A stretch of DNA of 22,755 nucleotides from Burkholderiales bacterium (lineage in GTDB: Bacteria > Pseudomonadota > Gammaproteobacteria > Burkholderiales > Usitatibacteraceae), in the NCBI GenBank assembly GCA_031424255.1, contig JANPHA010000231.1:1-22755 (forward strand), in the 5' to 3' direction. The translations under genes were made by a program, and so were the position numbers. The notes under the pieces were generated by a model. The model had not been told where the DNA came from, made no database searches, and saw only the letters and a list, made by a program, of their open reading frames with translations. Numbering within the stretch: position 1 is the first letter of the stretch; every line of letters starts with the position of its first letter. Positions 9,903 through 17,291 of this stretch are shown here, piece after piece.

Positions 9903-11269
9903 CGCGCCCTTACGCCGTCGTAGCGGTCCTTTCTGCTCTCGCGGCAGGCGGCTGCGCCTCCCTCTCCATCGAGCGCAACATTTCCGATGGCGTCGCGCTG
10001 GCGCATGAGAAAGAGGGTGTCGCGCCGATCCTTCGATGGTCGGATGTCGAGCGAGACCGGGCGCGCGCGCAGGTCGATAAGCTTCTTGAAAGCCCATTGT
10101 CCGTCGACGATGCAGTCCGCATTGCCGTTACGTTCAGCGGGTCCTTCCAGGCGATGCTCTTCGAAAGCTCCGCACGCTCGGCCGAAGCGACCCAGTCGGC
10201 GCGATTGCCGAATCCCGTATGGACCTTTGAGCGCCTGATTCGCCGGCAGGACGGCAACGTCGACAAGGACATCAATCGAATGCTGAGCTTCTCGGTATTC
10301 GACGTGTTGCTGCTGCCGGCGCGGATGCGAGCCGCGGATCATCAACAGCAGCAGCTTCGGATCGGTATTGCCGCGGACGTGGTCGATGCCGCGGGCAAGG
10401 CCCGCCAGGCGTGGGTCCGAGCCGTGGCAGCGCAGCAAGCGGCCCACTACGCCGAGCAGGTAAAGACGGCCGCCGATGCAAGCGCTGATCTGGCGCGTCG
10501 CATGCAGCAGGTGGGCAATTTCAGCAAGCTGCAGCGCGCACGCGAGCAGGCGTTCTACGCGGACGCCGTCGCGCAGCTTGCGCGAGCACGGCAAGCCGCT
10601 AGCACCGCCAGGGAGGAGTTGGTCAGGATGTTGGGACTCGACGCCGAACAAGCGCAGCGGCTCACCCTTCCCGATCGGCTGCCGGATCTTCCCGCTGCGC
10701 CCGAGGATGAATCGGTGTTGGCGCGCACCGCGCTCGAGGAAAGGCTGGATGTTCGCATGGCGCGCGCCGAGTTGACGTACCTGGCCGAGCGGCAGGGACT
10801 GACCCGGGTCACGAGCTATGTCGATGGACTCAAGATCGCCGGAGAGCGAAACAGCCAATCAGGGAGGCCGCCTCAAACGGGGTATCTGATCGAGATGCCG
10901 CTGCCGATATTCGATTTCGGTGACGCCCGCCGCGCGCAAGCTTCCGCGGCGTACATGGCGGCACTCAACAGGACCGCCGGCGTGGGGGCGCGGGCCACAT
11001 CGGAGGTTCGGGAGAGTTATAGCGCCTACCGCACTGCCTTCGATATCGCACGCCACTATCGGGACGAGGTCGTGCCGTTGCGCAAGGCGATCGCCGACGA
11101 GGTGCTCCTGCAATACAACGGGATGTTGATCGGGGTGTTCGAATTGCTCGCCGACTCGCGCGAGCAAATCGGCAGCGTCATCCTGGCGATCGACGCCCAG
11201 CGGGATTTCTGGCTCGCGGACGCGGCCTTGCGCGCGGCCCTCGTGGGCCGCCCCCTCGGATTGAGATAG
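9899..11269 (+). CDS. TolC-family outer-membrane efflux protein (OEP), probable lipoprotein
   Basis: 456 aa, the size of an OprM/CusC-type OEP. Lipoprotein-like signal VLSALAAGGC. There are two repeated helical halves with typical OEP phrasing (LSVDDAVRIAV, RLPNP..TFER, QAQRLTLPDRLPDLP, ALEERLDVRMARAEL, YRTAFDIARHYRDEVVPL, IGVFELLADSREQ). Confidence 0.8.
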   Translation: MTRPYAVVAVLSALAAGGCASLSIERNISDGVALAHEKEGVAPILRWSDVERDRARAQVDKLLESPLSVDDAVRIAVTFSGSFQAMLFESSARSAEATQSARLPNPVWTFERLIRRQDGNVDKDINRMLSFSVFDVLLLPARMRAADHQQQQLRIGIAADVVDAAGKARQAWVRAVAAQQAAHYAEQVKTAADASADLARRMQQVGNFSKLQRAREQAFYADAVAQLARARQAASTAREELVRMLGLDAEQAQRLTLPDRLPDLPAAPEDESVLARTALEERLDVRMARAELTYLAERQGLTRVTSYVDGLKIAGERNSQSGRPPQTGYLIEMPLPIFDFGDARRAQASAAYMAALNRTAGVGARATSEVRESYSAYRTAFDIARHYRDEVVPLRKAIADEVLLQYNGMLIGVFELLADSREQIGSVILAIDAQRDFWLADAALRAALVGRPLGLR

Positions 11270-11278
11270 GACTCGACC

Positions 11279-12697
11279 ATGACGACACGCAGAACATTTC
11301 TTTCGGGGACGGGGTTGCTGCTGGGCGCCGCGGCGGTAAGCAAGGCCGCCATGGGCGCCGTGCCCGAGGCGCAGACCCGGACGGCCGCCACCATGGCGCC
11401 TCCCTTGCATCCCGGCGAAGGCAGGCCCTACAGACCAGTGGTCACGCTCAACGGCTGGACACTTCCGTTTCGGATGAAGAGCGGTTGGAAAGAGTTCCAC
11501 CTGGTCGCGGAGCCCGTGGAGCGCGAGCTCGCGCCCGGCATGAAGGCACGGCTCTGGGGCTACAACGGACAGTCGCCGGGCCCCACGATCGAAGTCGTCG
11601 AGGGCGACTTCGTCCGGATCTTCGTGACCAACAAGCTGCCGGAGCACACGACCATCCATTGGCATGGCCAGCGGCTGCCGAATGGAATGGACGGCATCAG
11701 CGGCCTCACGCAGCCGCATATCATGCCCGGGCGGACGTTCGTATATGAATTCGAGGCGCGCCGCGCGGGAACCTTCATGTATCACCCGCACGCGGATGAG
11801 ATGGTGCAGATGGCGATGGGAATGATGGGCTTCTGGGTCACGCATCCGCGCGATCCCGGGCGAGTCCCCGGATACCAGGAGGCCGACCGCGATTTCTGCC
11901 TGCTGCTGAATGCCTACGACATCGAGCCCGGCAGTGCGACGCCGAAGGTAAGCACGATGCTCGACTTCAACTTGTGGACGTTCAACTCGCGCGTCTTCCC
12001 GGGGATCGATCCCATGGCATGCCGGCAAGGCGACCGCGTCCGCGTGCGGATCGGAAATCTCACGATGACGAATCACCCGATCCACATGCACGGACACGAG
12101 TTCGTGGTCGCCGGAACCGATGGAGGCTGGACCCCACCCGCATCGCGCTGGCCCGAAGTCACCGCGGACATCGCGGTGGGCCAGATGCGGGCCATCGAGT
12201 TCGAGGCGACGGAGCCCGGGGACTGGGCGTTCCATTGCCACAAGTCGCACCACACCATGAACGCCATGGGCCACAACGTGCCGACCATGATCGGAGTCGA
12301 CCATCGAGGCATCGCCGACAAGGTCAACAAGCTCATTCCCGACTACATGGTGATGGGCGAGAGGGGCATGGCGGACATGGGCGAGATGCAGATGCCGCTG
12401 CCCGATAACACGCTGCCGATGATGGGCGGAGCCGGCCAATTCGGCCCGATCGACATGGGCGGCATGTTCACCACCGTGAAGGTGCGGGAAGGATTGGCCC
12501 CGGGAGATTACCAGGACCCCGGTGCGTACCAGCATCCGGCGGGATCCGTCGCCTACGAATGGACCGGAGAATCGCTCAACACCGAGCGAGCGCCGACCTC
12601 GAGAATGACGCAGATAAACCCTGCCACGGGCAAGGGCACGGGCGGGCGCGAGGTGATTCTCGACGTTCGCAAGCCGAGCGGCCATGGCGCGCACTGA
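11279..12697 (+). CDS. Tat-exported multicopper oxidase, two-domain-sized core plus Met/His-rich C-terminal extension
   Basis: 472 aa. Twin-arginine signal MTTRRTFLSGTGLLLGAAAV. All four MCO copper motifs are present: HWHG (H127/H129), YHPH (H169/H171), HPIHMHGH (H266-H273) and HCHKSHHTMNAM (H319-C320-H321...M). The Met-rich stretch is DYMVMGERGMADMGEMQMPLPDNTLPMMGG. An AGGA lies 7 nt upstream of the ATG. Confidence 0.9.
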   Translation: MTTRRTFLSGTGLLLGAAAVSKAAMGAVPEAQTRTAATMAPPLHPGEGRPYRPVVTLNGWTLPFRMKSGWKEFHLVAEPVERELAPGMKARLWGYNGQSPGPTIEVVEGDFVRIFVTNKLPEHTTIHWHGQRLPNGMDGISGLTQPHIMPGRTFVYEFEARRAGTFMYHPHADEMVQMAMGMMGFWVTHPRDPGRVPGYQEADRDFCLLLNAYDIEPGSATPKVSTMLDFNLWTFNSRVFPGIDPMACRQGDRVRVRIGNLTMTNHPIHMHGHEFVVAGTDGGWTPPASRWPEVTADIAVGQMRAIEFEATEPGDWAFHCHKSHHTMNAMGHNVPTMIGVDHRGIADKVNKLIPDYMVMGERGMADMGEMQMPLPDNTLPMMGGAGQFGPIDMGGMFTTVKVREGLAPGDYQDPGAYQHPAGSVAYEWTGESLNTERAPTSRMTQINPATGKGTGGREVILDVRKPSGHGAH

Positions 12698-12725
12698 ATA
12701 TCAATCCCTTCCCCACGGAGACGAA

Positions 12726-13220
12726 ATGAAACGACTGATTTTCTCGTCCATCGGCGCAGTGCTCGCGCTGGCTTCCCCGCTGGCACTTGCCCATGAAGGA
12801 CGCAAGCCCGCGACACCCACGCGCGAGATCTCGAAGGAAGTCCAGCCCTGGGGGCAGGAGGGCGATCCGCGTAAGGCGACTCGAACGATCGCCATCGACA
12901 TGGCGGACACCATGCGATTCTCGCCGGCGCGGCTCAAGGTGAAGAAAGGCGAGACCGTGCGCTTCCTTGTCCGCAACACCGGGAAAGTCATGCACGAAAT
13001 GGTGATTGGAACGCAAGACGAGCTCGCCAAGCATGCCGAGTTGATGAAGAAATTTCCCGAAATGGAACATGACGCGCCTTACATGGCTCACGTCAAACCC
13101 GGCGCGACCGAAGAGATGACCTGGACGTTCAGCAAGCCGGGCACCTTTCACTATGGCTGCCTCGAACCCGGCCATTGGGAAGCGGGGATGCAGGGCTCGA
13201 TCGTCGTGGCTGCAAATTGA
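12726..13220 (+). CDS. Periplasmic cupredoxin (type-1 blue-copper fold; CopI-like copper-resistance cuproprotein)
   Basis: I chose the ATG at 12726 (GGAG 6 nt upstream, no overlap with the oxidase gene) over the track start at 12684. Signal peptide MKRLIFSSIGAVLALASPLALA. The type-1 Cu ligand pattern is VMHEMVIG ... FHYGCLEPGHWEAGM (His, then Cys-x4-His-x4-Met). Confidence 0.8.
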   Translation: MKRLIFSSIGAVLALASPLALAHEGRKPATPTREISKEVQPWGQEGDPRKATRTIAIDMADTMRFSPARLKVKKGETVRFLVRNTGKVMHEMVIGTQDELAKHAELMKKFPEMEHDAPYMAHVKPGATEEMTWTFSKPGTFHYGCLEPGHWEAGMQGSIVVAAN

Positions 13221-13245
13221 TGACCGAATACTCGAAAGGACCGAC

Positions 13246-13569
13246 ATGAACGCATCCGCTTTTCTGGTTGTCGCGGCAATGGCCCTCGCGCCGGCAGCCT
13301 TCGCCACCAATCACCAGGCCGATACTCCGCCCGCGGTTTCCTCCACGGACGCAACGCAAGGCGAGGTTCGGAAAATCGACGTGGACGCCAGGAAGATCAC
13401 GATCAAGCACGGCGAGATAAAGAATCTCGGCATGCCGGCCATGACGATGGTCTTCGTGGCGAAGGACCCGGCGATGCTCGAAAAAGTGAAAGTCGGCGAC
13501 AGCGTCCGATTCACGGCCGACAGGGTGAATGGCGCCATCACGCTCACCAGCATCGAATCGACGAAGTAA
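13246..13569 (+). CDS. CusF-family periplasmic Cu(I)/Ag(I)-binding protein
   Basis: I chose the ATG at 13246 (AAAGGA upstream) over the track start at 13153. Signal peptide MNASAFLVVAAMALAPAAFA. The CusF-type motif is GEVRKIDVDARKITIKHGEIKNLGMPAMTMVF, followed by VGDSVRF. Confidence 0.8.
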   Translation: MNASAFLVVAAMALAPAAFATNHQADTPPAVSSTDATQGEVRKIDVDARKITIKHGEIKNLGMPAMTMVFVAKDPAMLEKVKVGDSVRFTADRVNGAITLTSIESTK

Positions 13570-13600
13570 CCCGGGTACGCCGCGCGACGGCGCGCCCGGG
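13570..13600. terminator. GC-rich hairpin between convergent genes (putative bidirectional terminator)
   Basis: In CCCGGGTACGCCG-CGCGA-CGGCGCGCCCGGG, bases 13570-13575 pair with 13595-13600 and 13578-13582 pair with 13588-13592. There is one G-U pair and one mismatch, with a 5-nt loop. It sits exactly between the cusF-like stop (13567-13569) and the copA stop (13604-13606). There is no clear U-tract, so intrinsic termination is not certain. Confidence 0.45.
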
Positions 13601-13603
13601 GCA

Positions 13604-15880
13604 TCAGGCCTTTCGAAGGCGCAAGGCGTTGGTCACGACCGATACCGAGCTCAGGCTCATCGCGATCGCCGCGATCATCGGGGACAGCAAGAGCCCCGTG
13701 AACGGGTAGAGCACGCCGGCCGCGATCGGCACGCCGAGACTGTTGTAGACGAAGGCGAAAGCCAGGTTCTGCTTCATGTTGGCGACCGTCGCTTCGGAGA
13801 GTTGGCGCGCGCGAACGATTCCGCGCAGATCGCCTTTCACGAGCGTCACCTTGCCGCTCGCCATGGCCACGTCGGTGCCCGTTCCCATCGCGATCCCGAC
13901 GTCGGCCCGGGCCAGTGCGGGCGCATCGTTGATGCCGTCGCCGGCCATCGCGACCTTGCGTCCCTCGGCCTGCAACTTTTCGACCAGCGCGAGCTTGGCC
14001 TCCGGGCGCATCTCTCCATGGACTTCATCAAGGCCCAGCCTGGCAGCCACCGCCTTTGCCGTCGTCGCCGCATCGCCCGTGGCCAGCACGATCCGGATGC
14101 CCGCGGCTCGCAGCTGGTGGATCGCCTCCGGAGTCGACTCCTTGATGGGATCGGCGACGGCGATGAGGCCCGCAAGCCGGCCGTCGACCGCGAGAAACAC
14201 CACGCTCGCTCCCTCGGCCCGCCGTGGCTCCGCCGCCTCGCTCAAAGCGGAAACATCCACTCCTGCCGCCTGCAGGAGCGGCGCGCTTCCCAGTGCCAGC
14301 GCATGGCCTTCCACGCGACCCCGCACGCCGATGCCGGTGCTCGATTCGAATTCGTCCGCTTTCGCGAGAGCGAGCCCGCGGCGACGCGCTTCCGCGACGA
14401 TCGCATCCGCCAGGGGATGCTCGCTTCCCTGGTCCAGGCTCGCTGCGAGGCGCAGGACTTCGTCTTCGGAAAATCCCTCCTGGGCGACGATGCTGTGGAA
14501 TGCGGGCTTTCCCACCGTCAACGTGCCGGTTTTGTCGACGACCAGCGTGTCGATGCGCCGCAATTGCTCGATCGCCTCGGCGTCGCGAAACAGCACTCCG
14601 CTGGTTGCGCCGCGCCCCATCGCCACCATGATCGACATGGGAGTGGCGAGCCCGAGAGCGCAGGGGCACGCGATGATCAGGACGGCGAGGGCGTTCAGCA
14701 GCGCGTAGGCCCATCGCGGATCGGGCCCCAACAAACCCCATGCAAGGAAGGTGAGGATGGCGATGGCGAGCACCACCAGCACGAACCAATAGGCCACGAC
14801 ATCCGCCATGCGCTGCATCGGCGCGCGCGAACGCTGCGCCTGGGCCACCATCTGGACGATTTGCGCCAGCACCGTCTCCGAGCCGACCTTCTCGGCCCGG
14901 ATGACGAGGCTGCCATTGCCGTTCAACGTCGCGCCGACAACTTTGTCGCCCGCGTTTTTTTCGACCGCAACCGGCTCGCCCGTGATCATCGATTCGTCGA
15001 TGCTCGATCGCCCTTCGATGACCACCCCATCCACGGGCACCTTCTCGCCCGGACGCACGCGCAGGCGGTCACCCACGTGGATATTGCTGAGCGGCACCTC
15101 CTCCTCCGTGCCATCGTCCTTCAATCGCCGTGCGCTCTTGGGCGCAAGTCCGAGCAATGCCCGGATCGCGGCGGAAGTCTGGGATCGCGCGCGCAGCTCG
15201 AGCAGCTGGCCCATGAGCGTGAGCGAGATGATGACGACAGCCGCCTCGAAATACACGGCAACCTGCCCCTCGACCCGGAATCCCGCGGGAAAGATTCCCG
15301 GCGCAAAGGTGGCGGCGACGCTGTAGACATAGGCAGCGATCACTCCAATGCCGATGAGCGTCCACATGTTCGGATTTCGCGTCCGGATCGAGGCCGCGCA
15401 GCGCTGAAGGATCGGCCATCCCGCCCAGAACACGACCGGCGTCGCCAGCAGAAATTCGGTCACGCCGCGTGCCGTCGCGGAGACCCCGGGCAGCAGTCGA
15501 TCTCCAAACATGCCGAGGACCGCGGTCGCCACCGTGAGAGGCAGCGTCCACCAGAACCGGCGCCGGAAATCGACGAGCTCGTGGTTCTCGCCTTCGTCGG
15601 CGGTCGGCATCTCGGGCTCGAGCGCCATGCCGCAGATCGGACAGCTTCCCGGACCCTTCTGCCGGATTTGCGGGTGCATCGGGCAGGTATAGATCGTGTC
15701 GTTGCTCGCGATCGCAGACGCGGTGTCCGGGGCCGGCGGCTGGAGGTACTTCCGGGGCTCGGCGCTGAACTTCTTCAGGCAGCCGTCGCTGCAGAAGAAG
15801 TAGGTCGTGCCCTCGAATGCGAATCGCCGCGGAGAATCCGGCGACACCGTCATTCCGCATACCGGGTCTATCGATTCCAT
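13604..15880 (-). CDS. copA: Cu(I)/Ag(I)-exporting P1B-1-type ATPase with a non-HMA N-terminal metal-binding region
   Basis: 758 aa from the ATG at 15880. Motifs present: CPC ([13 protein letters not shown]), phosphorylation site [15 protein letters not shown] and [12 protein letters not shown]. The P1B-1 transmembrane signatures are N-x6-YN-x4-P ([14 protein letters not shown]) and P-x6-M-x2-SS-x5-N ([18 protein letters not shown]). The N-terminus reads CGMTV...[12 protein letters not shown], then [22 protein letters not shown]. Confidence 0.9.
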   Translation of the reverse strand: MESIDPVCGMTVSPDSPRRFAFEGTTYFFCSDGCLKKFSAEPRKYLQPPAPDTASAIASNDTIYTCPMHPQIRQKGPGSCPICGMALEPEMPTADEGENHELVDFRRRFWWTLPLTVATAVLGMFGDRLLPGVSATARGVTEFLLATPVVFWAGWPILQRCAASIRTRNPNMWTLIGIGVIAAYVYSVAATFAPGIFPAGFRVEGQVAVYFEAAVVIISLTLMGQLLELRARSQTSAAIRALLGLAPKSARRLKDDGTEEEVPLSNIHVGDRLRVRPGEKVPVDGVVIEGRSSIDESMITGEPVAVEKNAGDKVVGATLNGNGSLVIRAEKVGSETVLAQIVQMVAQAQRSRAPMQRMADVVAYWFVLVVLAIAILTFLAWGLLGPDPRWAYALLNALAVLIIACPCALGLATPMSIMVAMGRGATSGVLFRDAEAIEQLRRIDTLVVDKTGTLTVGKPAFHSIVAQEGFSEDEVLRLAASLDQGSEHPLADAIVAEARRRGLALAKADEFESSTGIGVRGRVEGHALALGSAPLLQAAGVDVSALSEAAEPRRAEGASVVFLAVDGRLAGLIAVADPIKESTPEAIHQLRAAGIRIVLATGDAATTAKAVAARLGLDEVHGEMRPEAKLALVEKLQAEGRKVAMAGDGINDAPALARADVGIAMGTGTDVAMASGKVTLVKGDLRGIVRARQLSEATVANMKQNLAFAFVYNSLGVPIAAGVLYPFTGLLLSPMIAAIAMSLSSVSVVTNALRLRKA

Positions 15881-16320
15881 CAATGGGGTCCTTCGGAAAG
15901 GTCGTCGAGGATCGGGCAATCGGGACGATGGTCGCCGTGGCAATGCTCGGCGAGATTGACCAGCGTTCGCCGCATCAGCTGCAGCTCGGCGATCTTGGCG
16001 TCGAGCTCCTCGACATGTTTGAGCGCAAGCCGCTTCACATCGACGCTGGCGCGCCGGCGGTTGTCCCACAGCCCCAGCAGCGTCTTGATCTCCTTCATCG
16101 AGAAGCCGAGATCCCGGGCCCTGCGGATGAAACGCAGCACGTGCACGTCCGAATCCTTGTAGATTCGATAGCCCGCGCCCGTGCGGCCCGCCTTCGGGAT
16201 CAGGTCGCTATCCTCGTAGTGGCGAATCATTTTCGCCGAGACGCCCGACATCTCCGCGGCCTGCCCGATATTCAGCAGGCCGTCGCGTTTCGCGTCCGAA
16301 AGCTCGAAGTACTTGGCCAT
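15880..16320 (-). CDS. cueR: MerR-family Cu(I)-responsive transcriptional activator
   Basis: 146 aa. MerR helix-turn-helix: [39 protein letters not shown]. Dimerisation helix: [18 protein letters not shown]. The CueR-type metal loop [13 protein letters not shown] compares with E. coli C112-x7-C120. Its stop overlaps the copA start as TGATG (shared A at 15880). The true start could be a few codons inside the 16320 ATG. Confidence 0.85.
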   Translation of the reverse strand: MAKYFELSDAKRDGLLNIGQAAEMSGVSAKMIRHYEDSDLIPKAGRTGAGYRIYKDSDVHVLRFIRRARDLGFSMKEIKTLLGLWDNRRRASVDVKRLALKHVEELDAKIAELQLMRRTLVNLAEHCHGDHRPDCPILDDLSEGPH

Positions 16321-16344
16321 TGCCGCGTTTTTCCCGCTCTTGCG

Positions 16345-16584
16345 TCAGGACTGGCAGCAGGAGGGCGTGCTCTGGGCTCTTGCCTCCGCGCCCATCACCG
16401 GCGTATATCCGGCGGCCCGGATGGAGTCCTGGAATTGGGCGGGCGACTTGGGGCTTGCGATCCGAACCGTCCTCTTGTGCAGGTCGATTTCGACCTTGGA
16501 GTCGGCATCGACGCTCCGGATGGCTCGCGTGATGGCCGAAGAGCAGCCGCCGCAGGTCATGTCCGCTACGAAGAATTCAGTCAT
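16345..16584 (-). CDS. copZ: HMA-domain copper metallochaperone with extra C-terminal Cys-Cys tail
   Basis: I chose the ATG at 16584 (AGAGG Shine-Dalgarno about 8 nt upstream) over the track start at 16623. The sequence is MTEFFVADMTCGGCSSAITRAIRSV...AAGYTPV, which is the GMTCxxC ferredoxin-like HMA fold. The tail is GAEARAQSTPSCCQS. Confidence 0.85.
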   Translation of the reverse strand: MTEFFVADMTCGGCSSAITRAIRSVDADSKVEIDLHKRTVRIASPKSPAQFQDSIRAAGYTPVMGAEARAQSTPSCCQS

Positions 16585-16614
16585 TTTGTCTACCTCTGGG
16601 TTGACGACAACACT

Positions 16615-16645
16615 ACTTTGCACCTTCCAACCATGGGAAGGTCAA
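16615..16645 (-). promoter_or_regulatory. CueR-dependent (MerR-type) promoter: -35 TTGACC, 19-bp spacer containing the dyad ACCTTCC-N7-GGAAGGT, -10 CAAAGT
   Basis: The minus strand reads TTGACC TTCCCATGGTTGGAAGGTG CAAAGT. As I recall it, E. coli PcopA is TTGACC TTCCCCTTGCTGGAAGGTT TAACCT. The first 11 nt and the TGGAAGGT block are identical, and the 19-bp spacer typical of MerR-family promoters is the same. The dyad occupies 16622-16642. The site lies 31 nt upstream of the copZ ATG. Confidence 0.8.
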
Positions 16646-16654
16646 GCGGCTTCT

Positions 16655-17287
16655 TCATCCGCTCCGCGGCGCGTGGGCGTGCATGCAGTGAACGATGCCG
16701 CCTGATGTCCTGAGAAGCCCGTCATCCCGAAGGCCCTCGAAGCCGGCCTCGCAGACGAGGGTGCGAAACGCCTGGTAGCTGCCGGCCAGGGCGTCGTACG
16801 GCCATACGTGCTCCCCTCCTTCCCAGTAAGCTCCCACGAACTTTCCTCGAGGCAGGAGCACGCGCCGAATCTCCTGCAGTTTCGACATCATTCTCCGGTC
16901 ATTCGGACGTACGAATGGGAACACTGCAACCACGACGTTGAACTGTCCCTGGGCGAAAGGAAACTGCGCCGCAGCTCGAAACACCAGGATGTTCGGGCGT
17001 TGCGCGAGCTTTCGCGAATTTTCACTCGAAGGGGGAGACGCGCCGTCCTGGGCCGCAGCGACCACGACACCTTCGGCGCAATCCGCGAGAGCAACCGTGA
17101 GCGAGTCGATCCCGCGATCCACATGGAGTGCGCAATCCCCGAATCGCAGGGCGGCGAGCTTCAGCAACCGCCGACGCAGAGATTCCAGGTCCATCGGCAG
17201 GCTCGCCTGATCGGGCTCCCACAGATCCACTGCATGGACAGCGCTCGGCGAATCGGGGAGCTCGACACGAGGGGAGCAAGGTGCCAT
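16655..17287 (-). CDS. Class-I SAM-methyltransferase-like protein with degenerate SAM-binding loop
   Basis: 210 aa from the ATG at 17287. This start avoids a 44-nt overlap with the upstream gene, whereas the track start is 17335. Methyltransf_11-like motifs II and III are present: FPFAQGQFNVVVAVFPF and LQEIRRVLLPRGKFV. The expected motif I (DxGxGxG) reads HVDRGIDSLT instead. Confidence 0.5.
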   Translation of the reverse strand: MAPCSPRVELPDSPSAVHAVDLWEPDQASLPMDLESLRRRLLKLAALRFGDCALHVDRGIDSLTVALADCAEGVVVAAAQDGASPPSSENSRKLAQRPNILVFRAAAQFPFAQGQFNVVVAVFPFVRPNDRRMMSKLQEIRRVLLPRGKFVGAYWEGGEHVWPYDALAGSYQAFRTLVCEAGFEGLRDDGLLRTSGGIVHCMHAHAPRSG

Positions 17288-17291
17288 TTCG

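Noticed and set aside
10859-12694. 611-aa minus-strand ORF antisense to the multicopper oxidase, together with 9737-10858 antisense to the TolC-family gene.
   Set aside because: They are shadow ORFs. The sense frames contain complete Tat-signal and four-motif MCO signatures and OEP signatures. The antisense translations have none.
12684-12725. Upstream in-frame extensions offered by the ORF track for the cupredoxin (12684), the CusF-like gene (13153), copZ (16623), the methyltransferase-like gene (17335), the 4-TM protein (17867), the OMP (18187) and the last secreted protein (21857).
   Set aside because: In each case an internal start immediately precedes a signal peptide or the conserved domain. 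That start has a better Shine-Dalgarno and removes overlap with the neighbouring gene.
14955-14961. Homopolymer runs inside coding regions: T7 at 14955-14961 in copA and A7 at 17629-17635 in the 4-TM gene. These are possible slippage or phase-variation sites.
   Set aside because: Both reading frames are intact across the runs. Seven-mers are too short to be convincing contingency tracts, and nothing else suggests phase variation.
15881-16069. 63-codon N-terminal extension of the ATPase ORF (track start 16069).
   Set aside because: The extension is Arg/Ala/Pro-rich and overlaps the cueR coding sequence in another frame. The ATG at 15880 gives a TGATG junction with the cueR stop and starts right at the first Cys motif.
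13529-16162. 877-aa plus-strand ORF antisense to copA and cueR.
   Set aside because: Its sequence is Arg/Asp/His-rich low complexity. The minus strand encodes a complete P1B-ATPase with every catalytic motif.
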